From a virus (lineage: Duplodnaviria; Caudoviricetes): 47,723 nucleotides of DNA. Under the pieces are notes generated by a model. That model was not told the origin of the DNA, did no database searches, and was given only the letters and a program-made list of their open reading frames with translations. Positions 18,169-27,601 of this stretch are shown in pieces; positions within the stretch are counted from its first letter, which is position 1; the number at the start of each line of letters is the position of its first letter. The position numbers and the translations under genes were made by a program. The stretch covers positions 1 to 47,723 of the IMG/VR virus record IMGVR_UViG_3300012940_000008; one strand, written 5' to 3'.

Positions 18169-19674
18169 TTAGACCCCCGGGCGCTTCGGCGGAGCGGGAG
18201 GAGCGGCGGGCGGGACCGGGGGCTCGTCCGGCTCCGGCGGCGGAGGCAGGGCGCCCAGGTCTCCCTCGCCGGTGGCGAGCTTCTCCTGGTAGGCCTCGAC
18301 GGCGAGGCTCCGGGCCTCGAGGTCGATCCCGTCGATCTCGTCGGAGTAGCCCTCCGGACGGAAGCGGGCGAGCGCCACCTCCTCCGCGGAGAGGACGCCG
18401 CTCGAGATCCGGACCGCATCCGTATCGGCCTGGACCTTGCGAATGTCGGCGAGCTCCTTCGGGGTGGGCTGCCACAACGGCGGGAACCGGACGTTCCAGC
18501 TCGAGGGCTCGACGCCGCCGGTGGGGCCCTTCTTCGCCCGGAAGAGAATCCGGAGGAGGCGGTCGAGGCGGGGGCGGAGGCGGTGATTCCGCTCCGCGTC
18601 CAGGGTGTCGTACCAATTCCGGATGTCGCTCTCGCCGGTGGCGTTGAGACCGGCGGGCTCCCTGCCCATGAGGACCGCGACCGGCATCCGGGCCGCCGCG
18701 GCGAGTCGGAGCATGGTCCGATCCAGGAGGTCCGGGAGGCCGCTCATCGTGGTGTCGCGCCGCTCGAAGCTCTCCGTCTCCGCGTCGAGGAGGAGGGAGC
18801 GGGCGACGGAGCGGGAAACGTCGACGAGCTCGAGCCGCTCGAGGAGGGCCTGCTTGTTCCCGCTGGCGATCATGTCGACGAGGCCCTGGACCTTGAAGAC
18901 GCCCTGGCTTGCGTCCTGCAAGATGTTGCCCACCGCGCCCCAATTCGCGTTGTAGGCCTGCAGCGCGTTGTAGGCCCGCTCGAGCTCCGAGAGGCCCCAG
19001 CCGTTGTTCTCCTGGGCCTTCCGCCTCGAGGTGCGGAGGCCGGGGAAGACGATCAGGCGGGAGGCGTGGACGAGGATCTCCGCGGGCGGGATTCGCTCCG
19101 CCTCCCGCTTCGCCCGCATCCCCGGATTCCAGGTCCGGAGGATCTTGTAGGTCTCCGGCTCCCCGTATTTCGAGGCCTGGGGATCGGTGTACCACGTCCA
19201 GGGGATCACGTCCCGGCGGTCCAGGACGGTGAGGAAACGGACCTCCGCGATGGCGTCGAGGTCCAGGGGCTCCGCCACCGGACGACCGTCGTCGGCGCCG
19301 ACGAGGATCACCGACCCGCCGAAGAGCCGCTCCCAAACGAGGGCGGAGAGGAAGGCGTCCCGGGCTTTCAGGTCGTCGAGGAGGGCGAGCGTCTTCGTCT
19401 CCACGTCGGCGCCGGAAATGCCCCCCGCCTCGAGCGTCGGGTCGGAGACCTGGATTCCGATCCAGGGGCGGAGCATGTGTTCCGGCGCCGCATCGCAGAT
19501 CCGGGCCGCCGCGTCGTCTTCGTGGTAGAGGCCCTCGAGGGCTTCGGGGTCCATGACCCCCAGCCGCCGCTGGAAGCGGAAGGCGGCGAGCTTGTCCCGC
19601 TGGGTCCCGATCCCGGTGATCGCGTTGATCCAGGAGTCGAGGCGAGCCGCGGCGGTCTTCAAAGGGTTAGCCAT
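18169..19674 (-). CDS. Portal protein (DUF1073-like)
   Basis: RL.GG, DP....YGEP, HASRL, WG.S.L and L.G..P.GLNATGESD.RNWYD motifs; follows TerL. Confidence 0.92.
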   Translation of the reverse strand: MANPLKTAAARLDSWINAITGIGTQRDKLAAFRFQRRLGVMDPEALEGLYHEDDAAARICDAAPEHMLRPWIGIQVSDPTLEAGGISGADVETKTLALLDDLKARDAFLSALVWERLFGGSVILVGADDGRPVAEPLDLDAIAEVRFLTVLDRRDVIPWTWYTDPQASKYGEPETYKILRTWNPGMRAKREAERIPPAEILVHASRLIVFPGLRTSRRKAQENNGWGLSELERAYNALQAYNANWGAVGNILQDASQGVFKVQGLVDMIASGNKQALLERLELVDVSRSVARSLLLDAETESFERRDTTMSGLPDLLDRTMLRLAAAARMPVAVLMGREPAGLNATGESDIRNWYDTLDAERNHRLRPRLDRLLRILFRAKKGPTGGVEPSSWNVRFPPLWQPTPKELADIRKVQADTDAVRISSGVLSAEEVALARFRPEGYSDEIDGIDLEARSLAVEAYQEKLATGEGDLGALPPPPEPDEPPVPPAAPPAPPKRPGV

Positions 19675-21202
19675 TGGACAAAGCCTCCATGGCGGCAACG
19701 TACCGGCTCCCGCTCTTGACGTGCAAGCGGAGGAGCGCCTGGGTCATGGCGTCGACCTGATCGTCGTGGGCCGCCTTCGGGAACGCGATCAGCTCCGCGA
19801 CGAAATCGGAGAGCCAAGGGGCCTCGTCCGGGAGGAGCACGTTCCCTGCCTCCCACAAGCCCGAGACCGCATTCGCCCGGGCGAGCTTCCCGCCTTCGGG
19901 CTCGACGAGGAGGAGCCCGGGGATCTCCCGTTTCAGGGCGGAGACCACCGCGGGGCCGTTCGCTTTGTTTTCGATCAGCTTGAGCCGGGCGGCGGGCCAC
20001 TTCCTCGAGAGCTCCCGGATCGCCGCCACCGTCTCGACGTAGCCCCACCGTCCGCGGAGCTGGTCGACGAGGAAGAAGTCCGCGCCGCGGAGCCCCCAAA
20101 CCTGCCCGACGACCCAATCGCCGGAGCTCGCCTCTTCCTTGAAACGGCAGTCCCAGGATTGGATCAGGTAGATGGACGACGGGAGCTCCCGCCACCGCCG
20201 GAGCGTCCATCCCTTTTGGAAGACCGCGCCCGCCGCGGGGACGGGCCGCTGCTGTAGCTGGGCCGCCGCGCCCATCGGGCCCAGGGCGATCTCGAGGGTG
20301 CGGACCGCGTCTTCGGGGTAGCGGTCGGGAACGAGCAGATCCCCGTCCTCCGTCCGCCAATCGCCGCCGACCTTCGTCCGGCAGGGGTGCGCCGCTTCGT
20401 AGCGCATCGGCAGGCGGAGGTGCTCGTATTCCCCGGTTTTGACCATTTCCCCGGCGAGGTCCGCCGCGTGCAACCGCTGCATGATGATCACGCGGGCGGT
20501 CTTCTCCGGGTCGGTTTGCCGGGTCGACATGGTGACGTTCCACCATTCGAGGCATTCGGCGAGGGCGGTCGTCGTCGCCGCGTCGCCGCTGGCGTCGAGG
20601 GGCTTCACCGGGTCGTCGACGATCTGGAAGTCGGCATGAAAGCCGAGGACCTGCCCGCCGACGCTCGTCGAGAGGCGACCGCCGCCCCGCCTGTTGACGT
20701 AGTGCGTCGCCGTCCAGGGGGTCGAATCGTCCAGCGGGCGAAGGTCGCCCCACCGCTCCCGGTACCAATCGCTCTCGACGAGGAGGCGGGAGCGGAGGGC
20801 GTCGCGCCGGGAGAGCGTCGCCGAGTAGCTCGAGCCGATGAACTTCGCGTCCGGGCGCCGGGTCCAGATCCAGGCGGGCCAAAGGACGGAGACGATGGAG
20901 CTCTTCGAGGTGCCCGGGGGGACGTTGACGATCAGGTTCCGGAAGGCGTCGTCCGGGTCGGCGAGGAGCTCGAGGAAGTCGCCGCCCAGGACGAAAGCCG
21001 TCACCGCCTCGAGGTGGCGGCAAATCTCCTCCATGTGCCGACCCCAAACGAGGGGCCGGGGCTCGACGATGGGCCACGCTTCCCGGACGAATTCGGCGAG
21101 GGAGGGCTTCGGCTTCTCCGGCGGGTTAGTCGCCTCGAGCTCCCGGAGCCGCTCCGCCAGGAGCCGCTGCAGCCGCGGCCCGCAAGACCTGGGCGAAGAC
21201 AT
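19667..21202 (-). CDS. terL: Terminase large subunit
   Basis: Walker A variant NVPPGTSKS, IVDDP, IIMQRLH..DL.G, QQRP, SWD, IENKANG, HDDQVDA; exact start uncertain. Confidence 0.95.
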   Translation of the reverse strand: MSSPRSCGPRLQRLLAERLRELEATNPPEKPKPSLAEFVREAWPIVEPRPLVWGRHMEEICRHLEAVTAFVLGGDFLELLADPDDAFRNLIVNVPPGTSKSSIVSVLWPAWIWTRRPDAKFIGSSYSATLSRRDALRSRLLVESDWYRERWGDLRPLDDSTPWTATHYVNRRGGGRLSTSVGGQVLGFHADFQIVDDPVKPLDASGDAATTTALAECLEWWNVTMSTRQTDPEKTARVIIMQRLHAADLAGEMVKTGEYEHLRLPMRYEAAHPCRTKVGGDWRTEDGDLLVPDRYPEDAVRTLEIALGPMGAAAQLQQRPVPAAGAVFQKGWTLRRWRELPSSIYLIQSWDCRFKEEASSGDWVVGQVWGLRGADFFLVDQLRGRWGYVETVAAIRELSRKWPAARLKLIENKANGPAVVSALKREIPGLLLVEPEGGKLARANAVSGLWEAGNVLLPDEAPWLSDFVAELIAFPKAAHDDQVDAMTQALLRLHVKSGSRYVAAMEALSNG

Positions 21203-21809
21203 CGGGGGGTAGCCTTTCCTCGAGGGCCGCGACGAAGGCCTCGAGCTCGTCGGTCACGATCTGTGTGATCTTCATGCCCCATCGGGCGGGGTTCCGCCGC
21301 TCGAGATACCACGCGCTCGCCCGCCAATCCTCCGCGGCCCAGGCCGGGCTGGTGATGTTCTCGACGGCTCGATTCTCCGCGGCGACGAGGGCGGCCCGAA
21401 CGTCCCGCGTGAAACGGGCGAGGTGCTCGAGCTCCTCCCGCGGCGGGGCTCCCGCCTCCTGGGCCTCGAGCTCCCGGGCGCCCTCCTTCATCCACCGCCG
21501 AACGGTGTCAACGTCGACGCCCGCCGCGGCGGAGGCGGTCTCGAGGAAGACCCCCGTCTCGAGGAGGCGGACGATCTCGCCGTGCATCCGGGGGGTCAAC
21601 CGGGCGCCGATGGCGGGCCCAGGTCGACCGGGGATCTTGCCCTGGGCGGCGGGCGCCTTCGGCTTCGCCTTCGAGCTCGAGGGCGGGGGCGCCTTCGCCT
21701 TCGGCGCCGCGGGCTTCTTCGCCTTCGGCTTCTCCACAACCTGTGGGCTGCCTGTGGATTTCGAGAGACGCGCCCGGATCTCCGCGGGCGTCCTGGGCTT
21801 CGTCGCCAT
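21126..21809 (-). CDS. terS: Terminase small subunit
   Basis: HTH-like segment (ETASAAAGVDVDTVRRW) and DWRASAWYLERRNP..W motif; upstream of TerL; RBS GGAGG. Confidence 0.8.
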   Translation of the reverse strand: MATKPRTPAEIRARLSKSTGSPQVVEKPKAKKPAAPKAKAPPPSSSKAKPKAPAAQGKIPGRPGPAIGARLTPRMHGEIVRLLETGVFLETASAAAGVDVDTVRRWMKEGARELEAQEAGAPPREELEHLARFTRDVRAALVAAENRAVENITSPAWAAEDWRASAWYLERRNPARWGMKITQIVTDELEAFVAALEERLPPDVFAQVLRAAAAAAPGGAAPGARGD

Positions 21810-21827
21810 GGTGCGGGCCTCCGTCGC

Positions 21828-22235
21828 CTAGCGTACACGCGAAACGGCGAGGGCCGCGACGAAGCGCCCGCCGAAGAAGGGCCGGAGCTCCTCGAGCGGT
21901 CCCCAGCGGAGAGCGGTCCCCTCCGGGCCGACGACCGGGAGGGCCTCCGGGATTCCGCCGAAGCGGAGCTCGAAGACGTGGAGATCCCGGGGCTCCCGCC
22001 CGGGCCAATCCGGCTCCGGGACGCCCTCGCCGACGTGGAGGAGCTCGAGGACCTTCGCCTCGAAGCCCGTCTCCTCGAGGAGCTCCCGCGCCGCGGTCTC
22101 CGCGGGGGCCTCGCCTTCCTCGAGCCGCCCGCCCGGGAGAGACCATCGCCCGGTCCGGCGATGCCAAACGAGGAGGACCTGGGAGCGGTCGGAAGGGCGG
22201 CGGGCCAGGACGAAGCACGCGGGGGAAGGAGGCAT
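21828..22235 (-). CDS. NUDIX hydrolase
   Basis: Nudix box W.LPGGRLEEGEAPAETAARELLEETGF. Confidence 0.9.
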   Translation of the reverse strand: MPPSPACFVLARRPSDRSQVLLVWHRRTGRWSLPGGRLEEGEAPAETAARELLEETGFEAKVLELLHVGEGVPEPDWPGREPRDLHVFELRFGGIPEALPVVGPEGTALRWGPLEELRPFFGGRFVAALAVSRVR

Positions 22236-22257
22236 AGCTCCGTGCTATACCGAACAA

Positions 22258-22659
22258 ATGCACGACGCAAGCCGTCTCGCCGTCCGCCTCGAGGGAGGGC
22301 GCCTCGTCCTCCTGGCCCTGACGCTTCGCCAGCGGTCGGCGATCATCCGGACCTCCGCCGCCCTCGAGCTCTCCGCGTCCGCCTTCGTCCGATGGGCCGC
22401 GGCGGAGGCCTCCCAGGGAAAGCCGCTCGAGCTCGCCGCCGCTCTCGCCGGGCTCCCGCTCTCGAGCTGGCTCCGGGAGGTGGCGTCCGCCGCGGCGGGG
22501 GCGTCGCCGTTGAAGGGCCAGCTCTCGAAGGCTCGCCGAGCGGTGCGACGGCGGAAGAAGGAGCTCCGGGCGTCGCGCACGCGGGAGAGACGGGCCGCGA
22601 GATCGGGGGCGGGGGCCTCGAGGTCGAGTACTCGACCGTCCGCCCGCTCGAGGTCCTAG
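22258..22659 (+). CDS. Putative ribbon-helix-helix DNA-binding protein
   Basis: High GC3 in this frame; two RHH-like helix pairs (SAALELSASAFVRWAA, AAALAGLPLSSWLREVA). Confidence 0.5.
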   Translation: MHDASRLAVRLEGGRLVLLALTLRQRSAIIRTSAALELSASAFVRWAAAEASQGKPLELAAALAGLPLSSWLREVASAAAGASPLKGQLSKARRAVRRRKKELRASRTRERRAARSGAGASRSSTRPSARSRS

Positions 22660-22976
22660 TCACCGCTAGTCACTTCTAGCCCGATGCCCTGGGCATGTGA
22701 CTAGAGGGGCAAGCCCGCGAAATCACTAGAAAAATCCGCCTCTCTAGTTACTTAGTCCGATCTTCTCTCTATTGCCCGCATAGACCCCATTTCTTGATCA
22801 ATTGTCATTTTTTAGTCAATAAACGGGCCTCGTATAGCAAACCGGGATTCGTAGACTAACGGACTAGACCGCCCCCTCCTGGGCGTGAAAAGGTGAACGA
22901 TCCCGAAGATTTGAGGTCTTAGTCACTTTCGGACTATCCGAGCCCCCTCCTAGTCACCGCCCCTGCCCGATAGTCC
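22656..22976. other. Putative replication origin with iterons
   Basis: Only AT-rich noncoding stretch; about 11 TAGTC/GACTA-core repeats (CTAGTCAC at 22656, 22666, 22950; GTGACTAG at 22697; TTAGTCAC at 22919); upstream of primase-helicase. Confidence 0.7.
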
Positions 22977-22981
22977 GGAGC

Positions 22982-23010
22982 TTGACGGTCAATCCCTGGG
23001 CTGGTATCCC
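22982..23010 (+). promoter_or_regulatory. Sigma70-like promoter for HTH-primase operon
   Basis: TTGACG-N17-TATCCC upstream of RBS GAGGA and ATG at 23042. Confidence 0.5.
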
Positions 23011-23041
23011 CTTTCTGGTCAATCGCACGAAAGAGGACACC

Positions 23042-23338
23042 ATGGCCCGATCCGCCGCCGACCTCTCGCATTGGGAGGAGGAGATCCCCGCGTCCGCGCT
23101 CTCCTCGCCCTGGTACGAGACCTTCTCCGAATGGTTCGCCGCCTTCCTCTCCTGGTCCGGAATGACGAAGAAGAAGACGGCGGAGCGCCTGGGCGTCTCC
23201 GCTGAAAACGTCTCCCGGGTCTCGAAGCGGTCCATGTGCCCGCCCTCCTTCGCCGCGAAGATCGCCGAGGTCTTCGGGCCCGAAGGCGTCGAGGTCCCCG
23301 CCCGTCTCGTCTCCGAAGAGCAGCGGGGGCGCCGGTGA
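23042..23338 (+). CDS. XRE-like helix-turn-helix protein
   Basis: GMTKKKTAERLGVSAENVSRV...IAEVFG pattern. Confidence 0.75.
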   Translation: MARSAADLSHWEEEIPASALSSPWYETFSEWFAAFLSWSGMTKKKTAERLGVSAENVSRVSKRSMCPPSFAAKIAEVFGPEGVEVPARLVSEEQRGRR

Positions 23339-25635
23339 TCCGCGTCTCCCTCTACGCCCACAAGCGAGACAACGAGCCCCTCGTCCGGGAGCTCGAGAGC
23401 TTCGCCGAGCTCGCCGCCGAGCTGGGCCCCCATGCCTTCCGCGTCGAAAAGGACGGGCCGCTCTTCTCGCCCGCCGAGCTCGCCGAAGGGAGCGTCCGCG
23501 CCAACAAAAACACGCTCCGCGTCCACTTCGGGGTCCTGGACCTCGACGACCTGACGGACGACGATCTCGCCCTCGTCCTCGAGCGCCTCGAGGGCCTCCA
23601 TTGCGTCCTCTACACGACCTGGAAGCACGCGGAGGCCCAGCGGAGCGGGCTCCATCGCTACCGCGCCGTCCTCGAGCTCTCGAGGCCGGTCCGGATCGAT
23701 GAATGGGCGGATTTCTGGCCTCGCATGGTGACGCGCTTCGGCGCCTCCCGCGACGAGGCGTGCAAAGACCCCAGCCGCATGTATTACGGTCCGGCGATGC
23801 CGGTCGGCGACGAGGAGCTCGCCGTCTTCGAGATCCAGGCGGGGGCTCCCCTGGACGTTGACGAGGTGCTCACCGACCCGGACCCGGGCATCCCCATGGG
23901 CAAGCGGCGGACGAGCTCCGCCCTCCGCTCGCCGATCACCGCCGCCAACCGTCGCCGCCCCGCGAGCGAGAAGGCGAAGCGGTGGGCCCGCGCCCGCCTC
24001 GAGGAGCACGCGAAGATCGTCCGGGAGGCCCCGCCGCCGCCCGCGCCGATCTACCCGATCCTCAACCGGGCTGCCTTCATGGTGGGCCAGCTCGTCCCCC
24101 ACCTCCTCGACGAAGAGGAGGCCGCTTGCGCGATCTTCGACGCGGCGGTCGACCGCAACCCGAATCCGGGCGATGCGGACCGCTACGCCGAGATCATCGA
24201 AAAGGGGATGGAGGACGGAGCCGCCGATCCCTACTGGCCGGAGCCCCGCTACCCGCTCACCGATACCGGGAACGCGGAGCGCCTCGCCGACGCCCAGGGC
24301 CACCGCCTCCGCCACGTCGAGGGCTGGGACAAATGGCTGGTGTGGGACGGGAGCCGCTGGGTCCTCGAGGGCGCCCAGGCCTTCGTCGCCCAGCTCGTCA
24401 AAGAATCGATCCGGTCGATCAAGCTCGAGGCCTCCCGCGTCGAGGACCTCGAGGCGAAGAAGGCCCTCTACTCCTGGGCGACCTCTTGCGAGTCGGCGGG
24501 CCGCCGCCGGGCGTGCGAGCAGCTCGCCGCCGTCGAGGAGGGGATCGCGATCTCCCATGCCGTCCTCGACGGGGACCCCTGGCTTTTCTGCTGCGCGAAC
24601 GGGACGCTGGACCTCCGGACCGGGCTCCTCCTCGAGCATGATCCGGAGCACCTGATCACAAAGCGGAGCCCGGTCGTCTACTCGCCCGATGCCGATTGCC
24701 CGACCTGGGAGCGTTTTCTCCTCGAGGTCATGGGCGGGGATCGGGAGCTCGTCGATTGGCTACAGCGGGCGGTGGGCTACTCCCTGACGGGGCGGGTCTC
24801 CGAGCAGGTCCTCTTCTTCCTCTACGGGGTCGGGTCCAACGGAAAAAGCGTCTTCGTGAAGACGCTCCTCGAGGTCCTGGGCGACTACGGGGTCGTCGGC
24901 GCCCCCGATCTCCTCCTGGCGAAGAATGGGCAGGCCCACCCCACCGAGCAGACCGACCTCGCCGGGGCCCGCCTCGTTTCCTGCCAGGAGCTCGAGCAGA
25001 ATCGGAGCTGGGCGGAGGCGACCGTCAAGCAATTGACGGGCGGCGACCCGATCAAGGCCCGGCGAATGCGGGAGGATTTTTGGACCTTCCTCCCGACCCA
25101 CAAGTTTTGGATCTCCGGCAACCACAAGCCCCACGTCCGCGGGACCGACCGCGGGATCTGGCGTCGTATGCGCCTGATCCCCTTCACCGTCTCCTTCGAG
25201 GGCCGGGAGGATCGGGAGCTCGAGGCGAAGCTCGCCGCGGAGGCGCCGGGCATCCTGGCCTGGGCCGTCCGGGGCTGCCTCCGCTGGCAGGCCGAAGGCC
25301 TCGCCCCGCCCGCCGCGGTCGTCCAGGCGACGGAGGCCTACCGGGAGGAGCAGGACACCCTGGGGCTTTTCCTCGAGGAGCGTTGCGAGCTGGACGAGGA
25401 GGGGCGGATCTCCCGCGCCCAGCTCCGTCTCGCCTACGACGCATGGTGTCGGGATCAGGGCGAGAAATTCCAGCTCACGCCCCGCCAGATGGCGGCCCAG
25501 CTCCGGGAGCGGGGGATCAAGGAGATCTCCGTGCAGATGCCCGGCAAGCCCCACCCGGAGAAGGGATGGCGGGGGATCAAGCTCCGCCCGATGGGCGGCG
25601 GGGTCGGCGCCGGTGCGCTTCGGAGCATCGCGTGA
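23335..25635 (+). CDS. Primase-helicase (AEP-like N-terminus, P4/D5-type SF3 helicase)
   Basis: GTG overlapping upstream TGA; LDLDD, YTT..H, RYR.V..LSRP, KDPSRMYY; TDTGNAERL; Walker A GVGSNGKS; KQLTGGD.I.AR; IWRR...IPF. Confidence 0.93.
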   Translation: MIRVSLYAHKRDNEPLVRELESFAELAAELGPHAFRVEKDGPLFSPAELAEGSVRANKNTLRVHFGVLDLDDLTDDDLALVLERLEGLHCVLYTTWKHAEAQRSGLHRYRAVLELSRPVRIDEWADFWPRMVTRFGASRDEACKDPSRMYYGPAMPVGDEELAVFEIQAGAPLDVDEVLTDPDPGIPMGKRRTSSALRSPITAANRRRPASEKAKRWARARLEEHAKIVREAPPPPAPIYPILNRAAFMVGQLVPHLLDEEEAACAIFDAAVDRNPNPGDADRYAEIIEKGMEDGAADPYWPEPRYPLTDTGNAERLADAQGHRLRHVEGWDKWLVWDGSRWVLEGAQAFVAQLVKESIRSIKLEASRVEDLEAKKALYSWATSCESAGRRRACEQLAAVEEGIAISHAVLDGDPWLFCCANGTLDLRTGLLLEHDPEHLITKRSPVVYSPDADCPTWERFLLEVMGGDRELVDWLQRAVGYSLTGRVSEQVLFFLYGVGSNGKSVFVKTLLEVLGDYGVVGAPDLLLAKNGQAHPTEQTDLAGARLVSCQELEQNRSWAEATVKQLTGGDPIKARRMREDFWTFLPTHKFWISGNHKPHVRGTDRGIWRRMRLIPFTVSFEGREDRELEAKLAAEAPGILAWAVRGCLRWQAEGLAPPAAVVQATEAYREEQDTLGLFLEERCELDEEGRISRAQLRLAYDAWCRDQGEKFQLTPRQMAAQLRERGIKEISVQMPGKPHPEKGWRGIKLRPMGGGVGAGALRSIA

Positions 25636-25853
25636 CCCCCGCCGAGCTCCGGAAGCTCGCCGAGGACGCCATCGCCGGGCCGTGCGGGCTCGTCCGCCTC
25701 GTCGTCCGGGACCGGAGGCCGCCTCGAGGCGAGCGGCTCCGTCTGTGGAAGGGAGGGCCTCTCGCCGAGGTCCTGTGCGTCAATTCGGACCGGGAGATCG
25801 TGGTCCTCGTCGACGCCCGGAAGCTCCTCGACGCCCTCCGGTCCGTCTCCTAG
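25632..25853 (+). CDS. Hypothetical protein
   Basis: GTGA coupling to primase stop; high GC3. Confidence 0.55.
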   Translation: MTPAELRKLAEDAIAGPCGLVRLVVRDRRPPRGERLRLWKGGPLAEVLCVNSDREIVVLVDARKLLDALRSVS

Positions 25854-25907
25854 CCAACCATCCGGGGGACGTGATAGGACCTTCCGAAACGTCCCCCGGG
25901 AGACACC

Positions 25908-26693
25908 ATGGCCGATTTCGAGATCAGTTGCGGCGACGCCCTCTCCTTCCTCCGGGAGCTCCCGGACGAGTCGGTCGACGCCATCGTCACCGACCCGCCC
26001 TATTGCTCCGGCGCCTCGAGGGAGGCGGGCCGCGGGCGGGCGAAGGAGCAGGGCTCCATCGGTGTGCGCCGCGGCACGGTCGAATGGTTCACCGGGGACA
26101 ACATGACGACCCCCGGGCTCGTTTGGCTCCTCCGCTCCGTCGCCTTCGAGGCGGCCCGGGTCCTCCGGGACGGTCACTCCCTGGTGGTGTTCTGCGATTG
26201 GCGCATGTGGGCGAACCTCGCCCCCGCCCTCGAGTCCGCGGGCTTGAAGCTCCAAAACATGATCGTGTGGGACAAGGGGCACGCCGCCCTGGGGACGGGG
26301 TTCCGCTGCCAGCATGAGCTGGCGATCCACTTGTGCAAGGGGACGACGGGCCGCTTCTACTCCGTCCGCGGGTCCAACGTGATCGGGGCGAAGCGGGTCA
26401 CGCAGCGCAAGCGGGAGCACGCGACGCAGAAGCCCGTCGAGCTCCTCCGGGAGCTCCTCGAGGTCGTCTCCCCGCCGGACGGCTTCGTGGTCGATCCCTT
26501 CATGGGCTCCGGGTCGACGGGCGTCGCCGCCCTCGAGCTGGGGCGCAACTTCCTGGGATGCGACCGGGCCGCCGCCTACGTCGAGGTCGCCCGCCGCCGC
26601 CTCGAGAGAGCGGCCCAGGGCCTCGAGGACGCGCCGCCCACCGCGGAGGAGCTCGCCGCCCTCGAGGCCGCGGGCGAGGAGCTCTCCGCCTGA
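25908..26693 (+). CDS. DNA methyltransferase (N6-A/N4-C, beta class)
   Basis: TDPPY, IVWDK, H.TQKP.EL and DPFMGSGST motifs. Confidence 0.95.
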   Translation: MADFEISCGDALSFLRELPDESVDAIVTDPPYCSGASREAGRGRAKEQGSIGVRRGTVEWFTGDNMTTPGLVWLLRSVAFEAARVLRDGHSLVVFCDWRMWANLAPALESAGLKLQNMIVWDKGHAALGTGFRCQHELAIHLCKGTTGRFYSVRGSNVIGAKRVTQRKREHATQKPVELLRELLEVVSPPDGFVVDPFMGSGSTGVAALELGRNFLGCDRAAAYVEVARRRLERAAQGLEDAPPTAEELAALEAAGEELSA

Positions 26694-26759
26694 TTTCACC
26701 GCGGGGACGGTCGCCCGGCGCCGTCTCCGCTCGAGCTCGCCGGGCAAGGGGAACGCACG

Positions 26760-27170
26760 ATGCTGGACAACCTGGGGAAGCGGACCGTCGAGGACGTGAT
26801 CGGCGAGCTCCGCAAGATGAACGCTGCCACCGCGGAGATCAGCGGGCGCAAGGCGGACGGGACGCCGGTCTTCGCCGTGATCTTCGTCCAGGGCGAGCCG
26901 TCGACCGCCGAGGTCCTCGAGCTCCTCGCCAACTACTCCGACGACGACGCGGAGGAGCTCGAGAAGCGCCGCGCCGCCGTCCTCGAGGCCGCGGGCGTCG
27001 TCACCGACACGACCGACACGCTCGAGCGGGGGCTGCGCCTCGAGGAGCTGGGCTTCGCCGTCGCCGAGCTCCGGGAGCTCGAGGACCGGAAGGCCGCCCG
27101 CCTCGAGGCTCTCGAGGCCCGCCGCCGCGCCGAGGAAGAGGACGACGAGGGCGACGGGGAGGAGGACTAG
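26760..27170 (+). CDS. Hypothetical acidic protein
   Basis: 136 aa ORF, high GC3, operon context. Confidence 0.65.
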   Translation: MLDNLGKRTVEDVIGELRKMNAATAEISGRKADGTPVFAVIFVQGEPSTAEVLELLANYSDDDAEELEKRRAAVLEAAGVVTDTTDTLERGLRLEELGFAVAELRELEDRKAARLEALEARRRAEEEDDEGDGEED

Positions 27171-27362
27171 GTGGAGACGATCAAGCTCGAGACCCGGGAG
27201 GGGGCGCACGTCGCCAACGGCGAGATCCTCCCCTACATGACCCCGCCGACCGTCGTCCGCTGGGGCGACCGGACCTTCCTCGCCCACGACCTCGAGGCGA
27301 AGCCCCCCGTCTACCGGGAGGCCTTCGTCGGCTACGTCGTCGCCACCGTGGAGATCGCCTAA
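27171..27362 (+). CDS. Hypothetical protein
   Basis: 63 aa, RBS GGAGG, abuts both neighbours. Confidence 0.6.
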   Translation: METIKLETREGAHVANGEILPYMTPPTVVRWGDRTFLAHDLEAKPPVYREAFVGYVVATVEIA

Positions 27363-27601
27363 TGCACGACCCGAACCGCCCGCCCATCGTCGACGAGCCC
27401 GCCCAGGAGGAGCGCCCGAAGCTCCCGCCGGGGACCGACCGCGTCCTCCGCCGGATGGAGAAGCTCGCCAACCCGACCCCCATCGAGAAGCGCCTCGCGT
27501 GGTTTGACCGCCGGAAGAAGAAGGTCCGGAAGGTCGTCCGCGAGTTTCAAGCCCTGGGCCTCCCGGCGGAGCTCGAGGAGGGCGACGGGGGCGAGGGTTG
27601 A
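27362..27601 (+). CDS. Hypothetical protein
   Basis: TAATG coupling; MHDPNRPP... Confidence 0.55.
   Translation: MHDPNRPPIVDEPAQEERPKLPPGTDRVLRRMEKLANPTPIEKRLAWFDRRKKKVRKVVREFQALGLPAELEEGDGGEG

Noticed and set aside
18169-19674. Anti-CBASS Acb1 label often attached to DUF1073 proteins
   Set aside because: Size, motifs and position between TerL and the gp7-like gene indicate a portal; I see no phosphoesterase HxT motifs.
21126-21210. TerS-TerL frameshift fusion at the C6 run in their 77-bp overlap
   Set aside because: An in-frame ATG exists at 21202 and such overlaps are common; no further support.
22982-23338. Lysogeny module around the XRE-like gene
   Set aside because: No integrase, excisionase, partition genes or peptidase-bearing repressor recognised.
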